Below, one piece after another: positions 13,701 to 27,680 of a stretch of 64,000 nucleotides of DNA (its first letter is position 1; every line of letters starts with the position of its first letter). The position numbers were made by a program, and so were the translations under genes. The notes beneath the pieces are model-generated. The model searched no databases, was not told the DNA's origin, and saw only the letters and a list, made by a program, of their open reading frames with translations. This stretch comes from Leptogorgia sarmentosa (lineage: Eukaryota), in assembly GCA_964658305.1 (NCBI GenBank), contig OZ210885.1:10912001-10976000 (forward strand). The letters are read 5' to 3'.

Positions 13701-16700
13701 AAATTTGTAATATAGCATTCTGTATCGTTATTGTGCAAACTGGAAATAGTCTCAAAACTTTTATTATTACTCACCAAATGTTGAATTCGCAATAATGTTA
13801 AAAGGGCAAACGCTTCTGTATTCAACTTGTCGTCACATATCGAGAACGTTCCAGCAATTGTGTTTGCGGGTTTCACTTGAATAATGCTGGGTCGAAGAAC
13901 AATATAACAGGAAGACACTCATGTCACAAGTTGCGTGGGAGCAAAGAGCAGCAATGATTACTTCAGGTTGAACAGAATTAGATTTAGAGATTATTCAATT
14001 GTATAATATTAGTTGGATTTAATATTTAGCTCTTATTCAAAAGCGATGTCTGAACGACCAATAGAAATACTTATGAAGTAAAATACCAAAATATGGTTCG
14101 TTTTTGATGAGTTCGTAGCTTTACAGAAACGCACAATACGACACAACTTGTGTTGTCACTAAGTGAAATTGTTTTTAATCCGTCATGAATTTAAAATCAT
14201 CGGGTGGCATTGTCCCTGTTCTTGGGAAATATAATATATGAATGTAAAATTAAAGCCAGTTCGCATATGAAATTTCGCAAAGATTTTGACAGTTCAATAC
14301 CAAGGATCACAGTGAAGTAGATGTTACCGTGATTTTCAAGCATAAGTCGTGTGTTACAGAGGGAAAGAGTTTTGTAGATATACACGTGAGAATATTAAAA
14401 CGAAAGCACATATCCTACATTCCTTTGAAGAACCCCACAGTTTGTTTTTTGAAATATTTTTAATATCTCCACTGCACGACAAGTTGCTTTGGGTTCATTT
14501 CAATTTGTCTATCACCTCACAGTAATAGACAAATCTGATTGGTCGAAACAGAATCGATAAATCTCGTATCTTTTTGTGAGCGTGAGCTCCAACAGGATAC
14601 GGATTTTTCCCCCGGCAATTTATTCAAAATGGCGCCCAACAACAATATATCGGGAACGCAAATTTCTAATCTGCCGACAGTCGAGCACCTCAATAATAGT
14701 CGAACACCTCATTCACTCGTATTCAGCAACTCAACAGCGCTTAACACTAACCCAAACCCTATTCCTAACCCTAACTTTAAACATTGACAAAATAAAATGC
14801 GTATTTTGAAAAAAATAGTTGAAAAATTATTATTATGCTTATTTCTAATGCCACTGCTGTTCATGTAATACAGTGAGGTGTCCGACCATCTTGGAGGTGT
14901 CCGACCGTCGACGGAATCGAAATAAGCATCGGGGACTATTATAAGTATGTCATAAACGTTTATGTTAATTTGTATGCACTTTAGCTTTAATTTTCTCAGT
15001 TTAGATGAAGTTATAATTTTGAAAATTGAACTCATAAACATGGCTCGCTTTTTAAGCCATTTCAAGGGCAGTGTAGTCGAGTTTTATCAGATCCCCTCCT
15101 ACGTTTGCTTTATATAAAATAACTGATACTTGAATATTTGTGATGTCCTCGCAGAGTGCGACAAATATATGTAAATGATGACAAATAAGAATAAAACATG
15201 ATATTGTCAGTTTGAAAAACAAACTAAAGCAATAACATGATAAATAATCACCTTTGTCGACGCTCAGTTCAATTTGGTGAATCTTGACGATATTTTAAAA
15301 TACAACCATCAATTCACACAACAATATTGCGCTTCGTTCCCTCATCTGCAAGACAGGAAAATTCTATTGAAACCAAGCTAATTAATCATCTTTATTTTTC
15401 TATACATAATATACCTTGAATAACAAGATTGTTCTAGATTTAAGTGATTTAAAATGACCAACAGTGTTTCAATACACCATGCAGGGAAGGCTTTTGTTGT
15501 GTTTCCGCCACTTTTATAACTATTTTAATTATGTCAAGTTCATTAATAATCCCCTACCGTTAAAAGGTTGACACAAATATGATTAAGTCTAACATTGTTC
15601 ATGTACTTTTGTATAGAACATGCATATACCCATTATATTGGCATAGAGCGAACGAATAGCAATAGAATTATGTTGTCGCACATCCATAGGACAATGTGCT
15701 GAATGTTGGATCTTATTTAGTACTCTTCGGATGCAGTTTAGCTTGAGTTATGGAAGGAATACAGTAATAAACCACAGAACAATTAATTCAATAAATTCAC
15801 CAAAATAGTATTTCCCTGGATGAACTTTCACATTCGAGTTAAATAACTCTTCAATCCGCAGTATACCTATAGCTATATTTTTTTTATTTTCGTAAATTAT
15901 TTGTTGATAATGATTTCACCAGATTTAGTAATCACACCATTCAAATAATAATACCCAGACACAAAGCGACGTTTGATTATGCTTTCGCCTTTCACAATTC
16001 TCATTTTTATTGCATCCGACAGAACTGGATAGGGTTAGAGCTTGGGTTAGCTAGGGTTAGAGCTAGGAAGAGGTTCTGATTAGGTTGAAACGACAACCAC
16101 GACTATGCTGAAATATGATCACAAAGATGACGCACCATGCATTGCTTGGATAATTATATCACACAATTCAAAGAATGCTCTTGAAAAAACTCTGTGAGTA
16201 AGAAACCTTGTCGCCTCAATAAATACTCTTTCGAAAATCGAAACCAGAGCAAGATATATTGCGGGTACGGCCATATGCATTATGTTTTAATTTGCAATAC
16301 CAAATCTGATATGCATGAATTGATTTGGCGCTGTAGAACAACACACATTTAATTGATTAAATTTAGCTTCAATAATTGACATTTGACAACATTAACATGG
16401 GAATGTCTTGAAAATTTGCTTATTTGAGTTATTTCAATTTATGTGTAATTTGGGAGAAATGGCTTTGTAATTAGCTACTTCTGATCACAATTAGTAGCAT
16501 TCATACTATCTTACACGTAATGAATACTGTAAATATATTATTGTAATGACAACTTATATTGCCTTTTATATTTCAATATTTGATTGTATCTTTTCACTAC
16601 TTCATGTAAATAGTTCTAATATATTTGTTTTAGCAATTACGATACTTATCATATCCCATATCATATAGCTATAAATGATTCTCGTGATACCTAGGCACCT

Positions 16701-17656
16701 TACCTAAAAGTCCAATAGGAATTCCAAAGGTCCCTAGCACGTTATTACTTTGTAAATAATGTAAATCATTTTGTATTTTTATCGTTTTGTGGGCAAATAA
16801 AACTTCACACTTCAAATACACTAAAATTGTATTACGCCTCTACATTGAATTAATCAAATAATCACATTTTTAAAATACTTCCATGATAGCAAAACACAAA
16901 GGGAGTTGTCATTTTTTCCCGCCTCTTCAAACTCCATTTTTGTGGCATCAGTTAGATCTGAATTAGGAACATGTTCTGATCAGATTTAAACCAGAACATT
17001 TACCATTGAACATTTACCATAATTATTATATTGAAATATGATTGAGAAAAATTATGGAGTATTTCTTTAGTACAGGATTTCCAAGCATGTCTACGTATTT
17101 ACAAAATGCTCACAGTGTGCGGTATAGCTGAAGCTAAATCACTGTGAAAAGATATGAAAACTTTGAATTGCGCGACTAATTTATAAATACGTACTCTTTA
17201 AAAAGTGAATATCTTACAAACTCGGATCACAAAATGTATCGATACAAATAAAGACTGCATGTACATCGATATTTAATAACATACAGACTTTACATATTCT
17301 CAATTACGAATATTTATACCTTTTAAATCGCTTGCTTCAATTCCGTTAATCTAAACCAATAGAGCTTTAAAATCAAGGAACACTCCGTGTTAATACTTCG
17401 ATTTTATACTCGATCAACATAGAGACAAAAATATATCTCACTGGCATCAAACTGTCTGATGTTCACAGGGTTCTGTGATAATTTAAATATATAATTTGCT
17501 TTGCAATAACAATATTGTTCCGGTGTGTTTGAGTGAATAATAGCATACCATGTATCATGCAGTGAGTTTTTTAACCTGCAATTTCTTTAGATATCCTCTA
17601 CAGATATACGTAGGTCGGCACAAGCCATGGAGTGCGATTGTGGCTTCATATACTGG

Positions 17657-17832
17657 CAGGGGCTGCGGAAGCACCTCAAAATTGGGGGGGGGGGGGGAAG
17701 CACAATCCGAAAAGGGCAGAGATGCAAAAGGGCACTTACCTTTCAAAAAAGGGCCACATTGACCCTTTGAACAAAAAGTGGGGGGGGGGGGCAAATGCCC
17801 CCAATGCCCCCCCCCCGGTTCCGCGGCCCCTG
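17657..17832. mobile_element. hAT-type MITE
   Basis: TIR CAGGGGCTGCGGAA / TTCCGCGGCCCCTG; perfect 8-bp TSD TATACTGG. Confidence 0.9.
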
Positions 17833-18655
17833 TATACTGGAATTTTCCGAGCAATTCTGAACTGAATATTTATCATGTCTTACTATTCGCTCAACACCAG
17901 AATTCTTAACCATGCTCGAAAGGATAAAATCCTCCACCTGGACCCTCAATTTAAAGTCATGTAACATTTATCATTGATCGGAAGGTTTGGAAGTATACTA
18001 TTTGATCTGTTTTTTCAATATCTTTACATCAAAAATTGATGTAAATCTTGGTTATAAGCATATTATATGGGAGCAAAAAAATTAGCTCAGAATAAATAAA
18101 ATTGATATTATACTTCTACGATCATCGCATCTGACGCTGTTTACATTTGATATTTTGTATTGCTCAAAATCAGCAAAGACGAAGCGTTAAGACTACAATG
18201 TGAACATAGATTACGAAATCAGAATATTGAAGGTTTAAGAATCGAGAATTTTTTGCGATGCGAAGATCTAAATTTGCCTTACATTTCTCGGCGGTAAATA
18301 TACTATGACAACGGACACGGCGGTCAAGATTTCCACTTTTTACAAAATTTAGTAGCGAAATACTTTTGCAGCAACTCACGAGATCATCACATTTGCGTTG
18401 CAATGACCATTTCTTTCCTGTTGGAAACGACACCCCCATAGATTATGAAAATTCGAATTCCTAAATATGATGGAAACGACATTACTTTCCTTGAAATTAG
18501 TTTCGAAATGAAATCATCGACAATGCCATAAGGGGAGATAAGGAACAGCGTATGTGCATTATCCGATTGAGGACGAACCTACCACATGCGAAAAATATCG
18601 ACCCCCCCCCCCCCCCCCCAATACGTCGTACGTTCGTCGGCACATTAAACTTGTT

Positions 18656-20596
18656 GTCAGCCGGCTGAGTGTGTAGCTAATAGGTGGCTAGAGAAAACTT
18701 GTAATTTGTGAAAGCATTGTATGTCGGATCGAGAACGTCAAGATCTGAAATATATGCTCTAACCTGTTCGAAAAATCTAGCGAAACTAGCCTAGAGCGCA
18801 GCTTCTGGTTACAAATCGTTAATATTCATGAAATGCTATTAGAAGGCTAAGATTAGTGTTGAGGCACCCTCAATTAATATTCATAATTTATTATAATTAG
18901 AGTGCATGTCGATAAATAGGGTCAGCGTTGTTTGGGGAAGACGGATTGAACTTTGCGCCCTCGAAGGAACAAGTTGCATACTGCTCTTATTATTTTTTTT
19001 TGCTTCATAACACTACATGTACCTCGACATTTGGTAAGCTTGATATTTGTTATTTGTTATGCGTTATTAGCTGTGTTTGTCGTATATTAGTGTGCAGGTC
19101 CTTATGTTATGTGTATTTTGTAATGCCTTAGGCGGTAATATAACGTGCTGTAATTTTATTGCTAGAATAAAACCAATTCAAGGATTGTGTAAAATTCAGT
19201 CGAGTTCCTCGAGTCCACAAGAGTACTGGCCTAGCCTGTACATAGTTTTATTCAAATCTTGTTGGTTTATATCGCGAGAGATTGCTGGCGATGCAGGTAT
19301 GATCTTTCACAGTGTTATTATATATGGTGGCGTGTTGAATTTCGAGCTGTCTTCTGTTTAACATTTGGTAAATCAAATTCACACACTAGAGGAACATTTC
19401 AAATTATGGACTCGTCTAAGAGGTCAAGAGCTGGGTTTCTCGCAGCAGTTACCCGAGTTCGCTGCCAAATTGAAGCCCTTTTGATGAACACAGACAACGC
19501 GCAGACAGTTCAAATCCTAAACGAGCGTTATATAGAAGCATGGCGAAAGTTCGAAGATTCCCACATGAGTTATATTTCGTTGCTTACCCCAGGTAGCGCG
19601 GCGTTTAATCAAGCAGTTGAACAATTTAGTCAATTAAGTGAAGAAAAAATTACACTGTTGCAACGTGTCACAGTCTACCTCCATAGTTATACAGTAACCC
19701 ATTCAAATCATGTACCCGAAGCCAGCACGAGAAATTCTGTTGAAAGGGAACGTGGATATGCCGAAAGTGTAACTTCACGCAGGTCAAGTGTCTCGAAAAC
19801 GTCAGATCTCTCTTCAAGATCGTCGGTAAAAGAAAAACGGATTCAAGCAGCGAAAGCAAATTTGGCTTTACGTCTAGCTGAGGAAGAACAACGTCGAGTG
19901 ATTGAAGGAGAGCTCAGACTTCATGAAATAGAAAAGAAACAGAGAGAGCTGGCAAGACAACAAAAATTTGAGGAAGAACAACTCGAAAGGTCTCGAAGAC
20001 TAGAATCATTGAAGCAAGAGACTGATAGGAAGCTAGCAGAAGTACGCCAAAAGCCTGTTCTAACGACGTTAGAAGCACAACTGGAAGAAAATATTGATGA
20101 TAATAAAATTATTGACATGGACTTGGTCTCGATGATGAAGACGAGATTTATGAACAGCAAACAGAGGACATACCATTAACATATCTTTATGAAGACGAAA
20201 TTCCACCCCCATATATAGAAGATCCTAATTCAATCCAAAAATCCTTTCAGCATGACTACTCTTACCCTGTTTTCACTCCACCAAACGAAGTTAACCCAGC
20301 ATTTTCATCGGCGACGGACATTAACGTAAGAAACCCGAAAGACTACAAAGAGAAGATTATACCAGACTTTTCTGTGACCAGAACAAATCCTCCGCATTCA
20401 TGGAAGTTGCCAGCTTCTTCGCGATCGGAACCAGAAGTTACGACCAAAGCACAAATTCCCAGTAACATCGTACCACAACCCAGAACGTTATTGTATCAGC
20501 CTTCAATGTATTCCCACAATTTCCAACTGCCACCAAAAAGGCATCCTGTTCCCAAAGTTCCATCACCAACATGGTCTCTATGTAGCAGTCCATATT
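18656..20596 (+). mobile_element. Truncated BEL/Pao-like LTR retrotransposon (probable 5' LTR plus gag N-terminus; boundaries approximate)
   Basis: ORF 19259-20179 (from MDSSKRSRAGFLAAVTR) has a helical region, Ser/Arg tract and coiled coil typical of BEL/Pao gag starts; upstream TATA-like and AATAAA (19166) signals. Confidence 0.6.
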
Positions 20597-20992
20597 AGGG
20601 AATTTAAGATGTTGACAACGGACTACTGCTACGGACTACGGTTGAATGCTTGTTTTCGTATATTGCTTAAGCAATGAGACAAATCATTTACATATCCACT
20701 GGAGTATACTTTTCACCGTAGTGACTTGACTACGACAGGAAAATCATATTATTGTGTTGTATAAAAGCACGGTAAAACGTAACGACAGAACTGACCACGC
20801 AACGTGTACGTGGTGGAAAATATTTCTATATACAACTGATAGAATTCAAAGTTAAAACCTACAAAACACAAAATACTGAGCACTTGAAATGAATTTGTCT
20901 GGATATATGTAAATCCAGCTCAGTGATGTAAACAAATGAACAAAAATATTTCAAACGTAGTCGGTAGTCCGTCGTCAGGATCTTAAACTCCA
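20597..20992. mobile_element. MITE, probably PIF/Harbinger type, at the truncation point of the LTR element
   Basis: Inverted ends GGGAATTTAAGATGTTGACAACGGACTAC / GTAGTCCGTCGTCAGGATCTTAAACTCC. Confidence 0.7.
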
Positions 20993-21132
20993 TATTAGCA
21001 TCGACACCGTTGAAGTGCTATTCCTTATTCCCGTTGCATGTGGCATTGGCAAAAAATCAAATTTTGGGCGAAAAATGGTATCCATTATTGTTAATTTGTT
21101 ATATTTTTTCCCGAAAGTTTTCAATAGTGTCA

Positions 21133-21138
21133 GTCTCT

Positions 21139-21182
<44 letters not shown>

Positions 21183-21206
21183 TTGGTTCGAGTCCAACCA
21201 GGGACG
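21133..21206 (+). tRNA. tRNA-Asn(GTT)
   Basis: GTCTCTGTGGCGCAATCGG...TTCGG CT GTT AA CCGAA...GGTTCGAGTCC...GGGACG cloverleaf. Confidence 0.95.
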
Positions 21207-21316
21207 TGTTTCGTGTGAAGTTATTCAAACGTCAAATGTAGCCGAATTTTTTGCACGGGGTTTTCTAAGGATTTAGGAAAGCTTTCAAAAAAGAGAACAT
21301 CTTAGTTGGTTTAGTT

Positions 21317-21388
21317 GGGCTTGCACGGGAATCGAACCCGTGACCTCTCGCACCCAAAGCGAGAATCATCTCACTAGACCAGCAGGCC
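21317..21388 (-). tRNA. tRNA-Pro(TGG)
   Basis: Reverse complement GGCCTGCTGGTCTAGTG...CTCGC TT TGG GT GCGAG...GGTTCGATTCC. Confidence 0.9.
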
Positions 21389-21505
21389 ACTGATTATATC
21401 AAGTTGTTCTCTAATGTACTTTGTACTGCTGAAGAAAAACATGCCGGATTAATTAATGTAATATCTCAGCCCTTCCAAAACATTTTCCAATCTTGTAGCG
21501 AATTT

Positions 21506-21577
21506 GCCGTGATCGTACAGTGGTTAGTACATTGCGTTGTGGCCGCAATAACCCAGGTTCGAATCCTGGTCACGGTA
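21506..21577 (+). tRNA. tRNA-His(GTG)
   Basis: GCCGTGATCGTACAGTGG...TTGCG TT GTG GC CGCAA...GGTTCGAATCCTGGTCACGGTA. Confidence 0.95.
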
Positions 21578-23054
21578 TCTATTTCAAACACCAAAAATTA
21601 TTGTAATCATCATTGTGGGCATCGTCACCGTTGAAATACCTTTTCTTATTCCCATTGGATGTGGCCTTGGATTACACACTATGAGGAACATACTTTATGG
21701 ATAGTATTAAAATGTTGTGTTAACTTTCGCTCATTACCCGCCTCGCAAGTAAACTTGTATTCCTGTTTGTGTTATATAACAGAGAAGGGTCCATACATAA
21801 TGTTACATTCTATCATTTTCTAACACTGTTGGTCAGTCAGTTAAAATAAGAGTTGTAGACCAATGTCTTTTGTCCAGTTGCACATAAACCATGGAGAATA
21901 ATTGGATGGGATTTTTTCCTGTTTACATAGACCTGTGGGTGCTCATGTGGTGCAACAATTGCATTGTGTGTTCCGTCAATAGCTCCAAGAACATTTTTAC
22001 ATTTTCTTGCAGTGGTAGATAAATAAACGTCTTCTTAAGACTTAAGAGAGTGCAAAACAACGTGAAAAACTTGACTTCTGCAACGCAAAACTGACGAGTC
22101 GGTTATATTGAAGGGGTCGCTTATTCTGTGGTCTGTGGATAGTATCTTGGCGGGCAATATGGCATATGGTTACGAGTAACTTTTTTGTGGTGATATACTA
22201 GGTCTTTCTCTTTCAACGTTTGGTGTTAATTCTTTCGCTAATTTTTGCAAAATTATTTCAAAAGTCCTTCGAGAAATTCTGAAAAACCTTTGGAAGTCAT
22301 CTAATAGTATGTTGGGAATAGTCTCTTCCGCATAGCCACCAAATTTTCTTCGGTCCTCACGAACTCTTATAAAACAACAATTTTTCTAACAAAAATTTTT
22401 GTTTGACTTTGAGTCTGCAAAACTGTTTTGCAATAAAACTATTATGCGCTTGCAAAAAAACTATCAAAGATGCATAAAGAAAGTCGTAACAGCAATCATA
22501 TATTCAAAAAAAAACACAGTTATCAGTGGCAGTTATGGTGTCTTCTTCTAACTCCGAAAATAAAATCGGCAAAATTTGCTGCCCCTCCATTACATTGAAA
22601 ATTTGCCTGTGATTAGGTGCCGTTCTAGAAGGCACACTCCATTTCAGGCATTTCGCGATCCAGAACACAGTATGCACTCCATTACACAAAATTCCAGAAC
22701 AGTGTTCTGATTGTTCCAGAACAGTAAGTGGAGCAGCCCCCATGTGTCTATGGGAATCTATAACCTTCGTTTTTATCCGAGGCATGGTATTCAACTTTGA
22801 AATACACCAAGCGAGGTATTCAACTTTGAAATATCCCGCTCGAATTTCCCGTTCTTTATTGCTCGTATAAATTAAAGATGGCGGAAACTGTTGGGGGGAG
22901 TTTAGTTTTTGTATTTTTGTTCGGTATAATATAATAGTTATCAGTTACATATGCATCTCGGGGTATTCGAGAAAAATTACCCTTCGGGATGAAATATCCC
23001 TCGGGTTTCGCCCTTGGGGTAATGTTTTTCTCCTGGCAGGTATATAACTGATAT

Positions 23055-23408
23055 TATTATACATTGTAGATGGTAAAAGTAATCTGATTGGCTAAGAGCA
23101 TACAGTTAAATCGCGCAATCACGCAACCCACAGGAAATCCAGTTATCTGCTTGCAGATAACTAATTAGGTACAAAATGAGGCTGTTTTCAGTATGGTTTC
23201 ATAAATAAAGTTTTTCATGCGTTAATACTTGGTTTATTATTCTTCAGATGTATAATAAAACAATTATTGAATTCGGTTTTTGTGATATGCAAAATTGTCA
23301 AGGTCTCGGTAAACGTTATCAGCCTCGCCTTCGGCTCGGCTGATAACGCTTACCTCGACCTTGATAATTCCGCATATGGCAAAAACCTCATCCAATAATT
23401 GTTAAATA
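23055..23408. mobile_element. Hairpin-ended element (same family as 49389-49830); related copies at 1062-1478, 7998-8660, 22760-23055, 23410-23660, 25385-25790
   Basis: CTGATTGG near one end, TGTATAATAAAACAATTATTG, then a ~145-bp palindrome. Confidence 0.75.
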
Positions 23409-23808
23409 TTGTACCTCACTATTACATTGTCCAATCAAAAGCTCACATTTGCACCACGTGTCCATAATTTTTTTTAGCGAATACCATGCCATGGGAACTT
23501 TATACGCTAGATTTTTCTCCGGGGCATGGTATTCGACTTTGAAATACCCCGCTCGTTATTGCATGCATAAATTAAAGATGGCGGAAGCTGTAGGGGAAGA
23601 GGAAGTCCCTCTGGGTAATTGTTTCTCGAATACCCCTCGTTCCAGGTATATAACTGATAAAAAATTACATGATTCTTGCATGCATATCATGTAACAGTGG
23701 GAAACAGGCACTCGGAACATAGTAATGACATAATAAATAAGTGTAAGGACACACCTCCTTAATGATTGATATTTATATTTGACATTTAGTAACGATATAC
23801 TCGGAAAT

Positions 23809-24286
23809 CAGGGGCGTAAATATGGGGGGGGTATGGGGGGTATGGGGGGTATGGGGGGATATGGCGGGTATGGGGGGGGGTATGGGGGGTATAGGGGGGG
23901 TGGCCAGGCACTGGCCAGTCGGTCTCAAAATACGTACAACAGGTCTCAAAATTACGCAATTTTAGGATTAAATGCGTTGCTGAGCGAAGACCGACATATT
24001 ATCTCGAGACCGGCTGCATTCATAGCTATAAATTATAAAAAGCAAAGTGATTACTAATGCAATTTACAAATGGTGTTATGCGGACAGGCGTTTCAACATC
24101 TTCCTTCTAACAGATAACATGCTCTCATAAAGCTGGAAATGCGATTTCCGAAACCCAAATTTCAAAATTTTCCCGGGGAGCATGCCGCCAGACCTCTCTG
24201 GTTTCTTGTGCCTCGATGCTCCTATCGGTCTCCGTTATGATTTACAACCCCCCCCCCCCCAAACAAAATCGATATCTAGGCCCTTG
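23809..24286. mobile_element. hAT-type MITE with internal GGGGGTAT microsatellite
   Basis: CAGGGGCGTA...TAGGCCCTTG ends; 8-bp TSD TCGGAAAT/TCGGAGAT. Confidence 0.7.
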
Positions 24287-24842
24287 TCGGAGATAAAAAT
24301 AAGTATTGAAGTTGAATTATTTACTTAAACGTGCGAGCGAATAAATAAGATTATTATAGTAATGTTCAGCTATGTGATACACTCTTGGAATACCAATGAA
24401 AATGTTCCCCCGCCAAAAAAGCCAAATGCGAACGGAATTCAGTACTAAAAGTGTGATATTCATCAGGTTGGTGCATGCTTTAAAATCGCGCTATAAGCAA
24501 ATATTGGTCGACTCTGGATTTGATTTCTGTGTTATTTACTCAAAGTCAACTCAGTTCCTTTGCCAAATTGCTAGAAGGTTACAATCCAATAATAATCATT
24601 TTCAACTTCGAAGAATTTCAACTTTTCAAATGAACAAATGCCTCGACCAATATTGAAATACTACAATTATATCTGAGGTTATATCAATGGCAAGCAGCTG
24701 TTTAAATATGTGTTGAGTCAGCTTATTTGGTTTGTACGTCATGTAGATCGATGCTGCACCAGCAACAATCAACTTGCTAGTTCAAAACTAAGTTTCAGTT
24801 AAAGTGTTATAAGTTATAACCACGAATGAATAAATTGAAATA

Positions 24843-25186
24843 TTATAATCCAGTTTCCTCCTGTCTTACACATGTATCAATATCATGATTTAGATGAGCG
24901 TAGCAACGATCATCATATATTTCCCCACCAGACCTATTGAGGCTCGAATAGAATTGTTCATCGCTCACTTCCTCGTATATGCTGGCGTCAAATCGTTCAG
25001 GATTGTCCGCATTTTCCAAGTTGTTTCCAGTATCAGTAGTTTCCTCCCCTCTCTTAGTGTTTTGCGATTTGAAACAAATTCGATGAACCAAATAAGGAAT
25101 GAAAACCAACAAAATGACCAGCAGAATAGCTGAGGTTGCAACAATTCCAACAAAATACTTTCCAGAAACGTCATTTTCATCTGTAC
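24843..25186 (-). CDS. Receptor terminal exon: TM helix and short Tyr-motif cytoplasmic tail
   Basis: FVGIVATSAILLVILLVFIPYLV hydrophobic run; tail motifs SIYEEV, FYSSL, CYAHL; stop at 24843-24845. Confidence 0.8.
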
Positions 25187-26072
25187 CTATGTATGATGTG
25201 ACAAAATAGAACTATGTTGGTGGCATATAATTAAATGAAAAATACTTTTTTTTCGTAACTCCATATCTAATATGATTTGTTTGTTATGAACGACATTGTG
25301 GTTGAATGAGATGCTTGCTTAATACTCGAGCATCTGCACGTAATGTATTACATGTTTCAGGAAAGAGTTGTTGTAAGAAAGTATGAATATAATTTTTATT
25401 TAAAAAAAAAACTCAAGAGTTTTGATTGGTTAAGAGCAGTAGGTGAACGCGTCATATCTGTTCTGTAAAACACATATACGACATTATGACGTAATTATGT
25501 CGTATATTGAAATTTATGTGACATTATGACGTCGACAAATTTATGCTGCTTATGTAAAAACGGCGAAAAATACAAGTTCTTGTTTACAATGCAACCATTT
25601 CCACTAAGTAAAGAAACAAATGAATAATAAAACAATTATCAAATTCGGTTCTTGTAGGAACAGTAATGTATATGCGCTATAGAAATGTTATTATTATTAT
25701 TATATGTTGAATTATCAAACTTCGGCCTTAATAATTCTCATATCCAGATATCCTACTCGACCTCATTCAACATATAATTGTTTAATATTAAGTACATTAT
25801 AACACAGAGGGGGAATATACTGAGAACCTGAACAAATTACCATTTCCATTTTCTTTTTACCCAATTGTAACTTGGAAAACATTAAAGTCGATACTTATCA
25901 AACTAGAATTTTAAATTCATTGTTTTCGTTAATTTTTCAAAATATAGCTATACGAAATCTGGAAGTTGAATTAAAAGACCAATAGTGAAAGTTTTAGAAA
26001 AAAACTACAATTATTTATTCTATTGGTCTTGATTGAAAAAGCAGTATAAAAATTATTCGCCATGTACAGCAC

Positions 26073-26935
26073 CTGTTTCTTCACTTGTTTTGGCAGTAGA
26101 ACTCCAGTCTGTAGAGTAGTAATCGTGCTATAGGAATAAAGTTGAGAAATAATTAATTTAGTTTTTCGTTTTGTAGTATACTAGTACAGAATATTTCATG
26201 AATGTATACTGATTTGTTTCACTTTCATTTTACGTACAGAAAAATATTTCAGTGACAAAGTGACCACTAAATTACAATTAATCAGTTTCCATTGGCGAAT
26301 TGAAGCCATCCCCAATTGCCATAAGTATTTCACGAAAGGCAATTATACCTCTTCATTTATAACAATCCTTTGAAAAATTTTGTAGCTGGTACCAGGTTCC
26401 AACGGTCCATTATAATAATAACTCGTTGTGCGTGAAGTTGGATAATTCTGCCATCACCAAGTATAAAAGTGCTCTCACCAACACCGCTGGATGTAAATAC
26501 TGCAGCGATATATGGTTTTGGCTTTGTTTTATTTTGCATCCTGGAAAAATTCAATAAATCGATCTCGTCGTAGTTGTCGGATGAGACAGTCTCTTGATCC
26601 TCTGTTAATTTCAACGCCACTACGTAAAAATATCTATTAAAAAAATTGCATCTGTAGAACACAACTACCGAATAGGTCATCAATGTGAATAATTCAGTTG
26701 AAAGACCCATATGCGATAATCAATTTATTTAGCTATTTGAAAATTTCCTGATTTTTGATGTGAAATTGGTTTGTTTTGAATCTTTCAGGTGAACAATAAA
26801 ACAATTATTGAGTTACGTCTTAGATCGTGCTCAACCTCATTCAATGATTTTTAACTACTTACAGAAATGGTTTTGTTGGTATTTCCAGTGAAAATGTAAG
26901 GCTCTTGGATGTTTGATCTAAATGCTGCGGTGGAC
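26073..26935 (-). CDS. Receptor exons: RPTP-type membrane-proximal stalk, frameshifted near 26447
   Basis: YFYVVAL...PYIAAVF...FILGDG continues in a shifted frame as YYNGPLEPGTSYKIFQR; next exon YYSTDWS. Confidence 0.75.
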
Positions 26936-27680
26936 CTGCAAGAATGTACAGTGGGACCCTGTTATTGTATCACCATTCGACCAGAATATTTTAGTCGTAT
27001 TAACAGGGTTGTATTAATTAACGAGAGACGATATTAAATTACAGTACAGATATTGTATAATGAGGTCATGTAGAAGAGGTTATCGTTCAGTCACAAAAAA
27101 GCTCACAGAAATCCAAGTGCTTCTGTCTGAGTGACAAATCATGATGAATACAGATTGTGAATAAAACATTAACGTCTACAGAACATATATATAAACATTA
27201 TAGATCGAGGTCTAACGGTTGTAGCCACTTTTTTGTGCGCATGTTCCGCAAGTTACTAGATACGTCATCTCATTGAATGACGACCTGATGACGACTAAAT
27301 TTAAACTTGCCGAGCATGCGCAGTTGATCTTTCTTGCCAGGTCGCATCGAAAAAATGTGGGCCCGTTATTTACCCCCATGTGACGAAATTTCTGTAAAAT
27401 AAAAAACCCCGTCTTATGCGAATATTTTACATCAAAACGAAGTAGAAGTTTAATGAAAATCGTGTGACATATATATTCTGCAAATTAAAAAATTGTCAAT
27501 AAAAAGCAGGTTGAAAACTGATATATTTTCGCCATTACAATGATAGCTGTTTCCTCATTTTTAAAAAACATTCTGAATAATTGCCATGTTGTTGTTATAA
27601 CAATGGCACAGTTGCTACGGACCGATTGTCAACCAATCAGAATAGAGAATTTTGAAAAGCCATATAATAATAATACTTAC

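Larger units (their letters stand above)
7810..13955 (-). repeat. Left arm of inverted segmental duplication (7810-10710 ~ 53625-55820; 12260-13955 ~ 49338-51445)
   Basis: For example 13141 tgttgtttggtccctggttattgcatgc is the reverse complement of 50585-50612; 9180-9420 matches 55020-55260. Confidence 0.9.

Noticed and set aside
14745..16070. TAACCC/GGGTTA runs at ~14750 and ~16030 (also ~35210)
   Set aside because: Short and degenerate, probably internal to repeat elements; not telomeric arrays
17550..17967. Cluster of overlapping ORFs
   Set aside because: Arises from the GC-rich hAT-type MITE at 17657-17832
23779..24057. Gly/Tyr-rich ORF
   Set aside because: G-rich microsatellite inside a MITE
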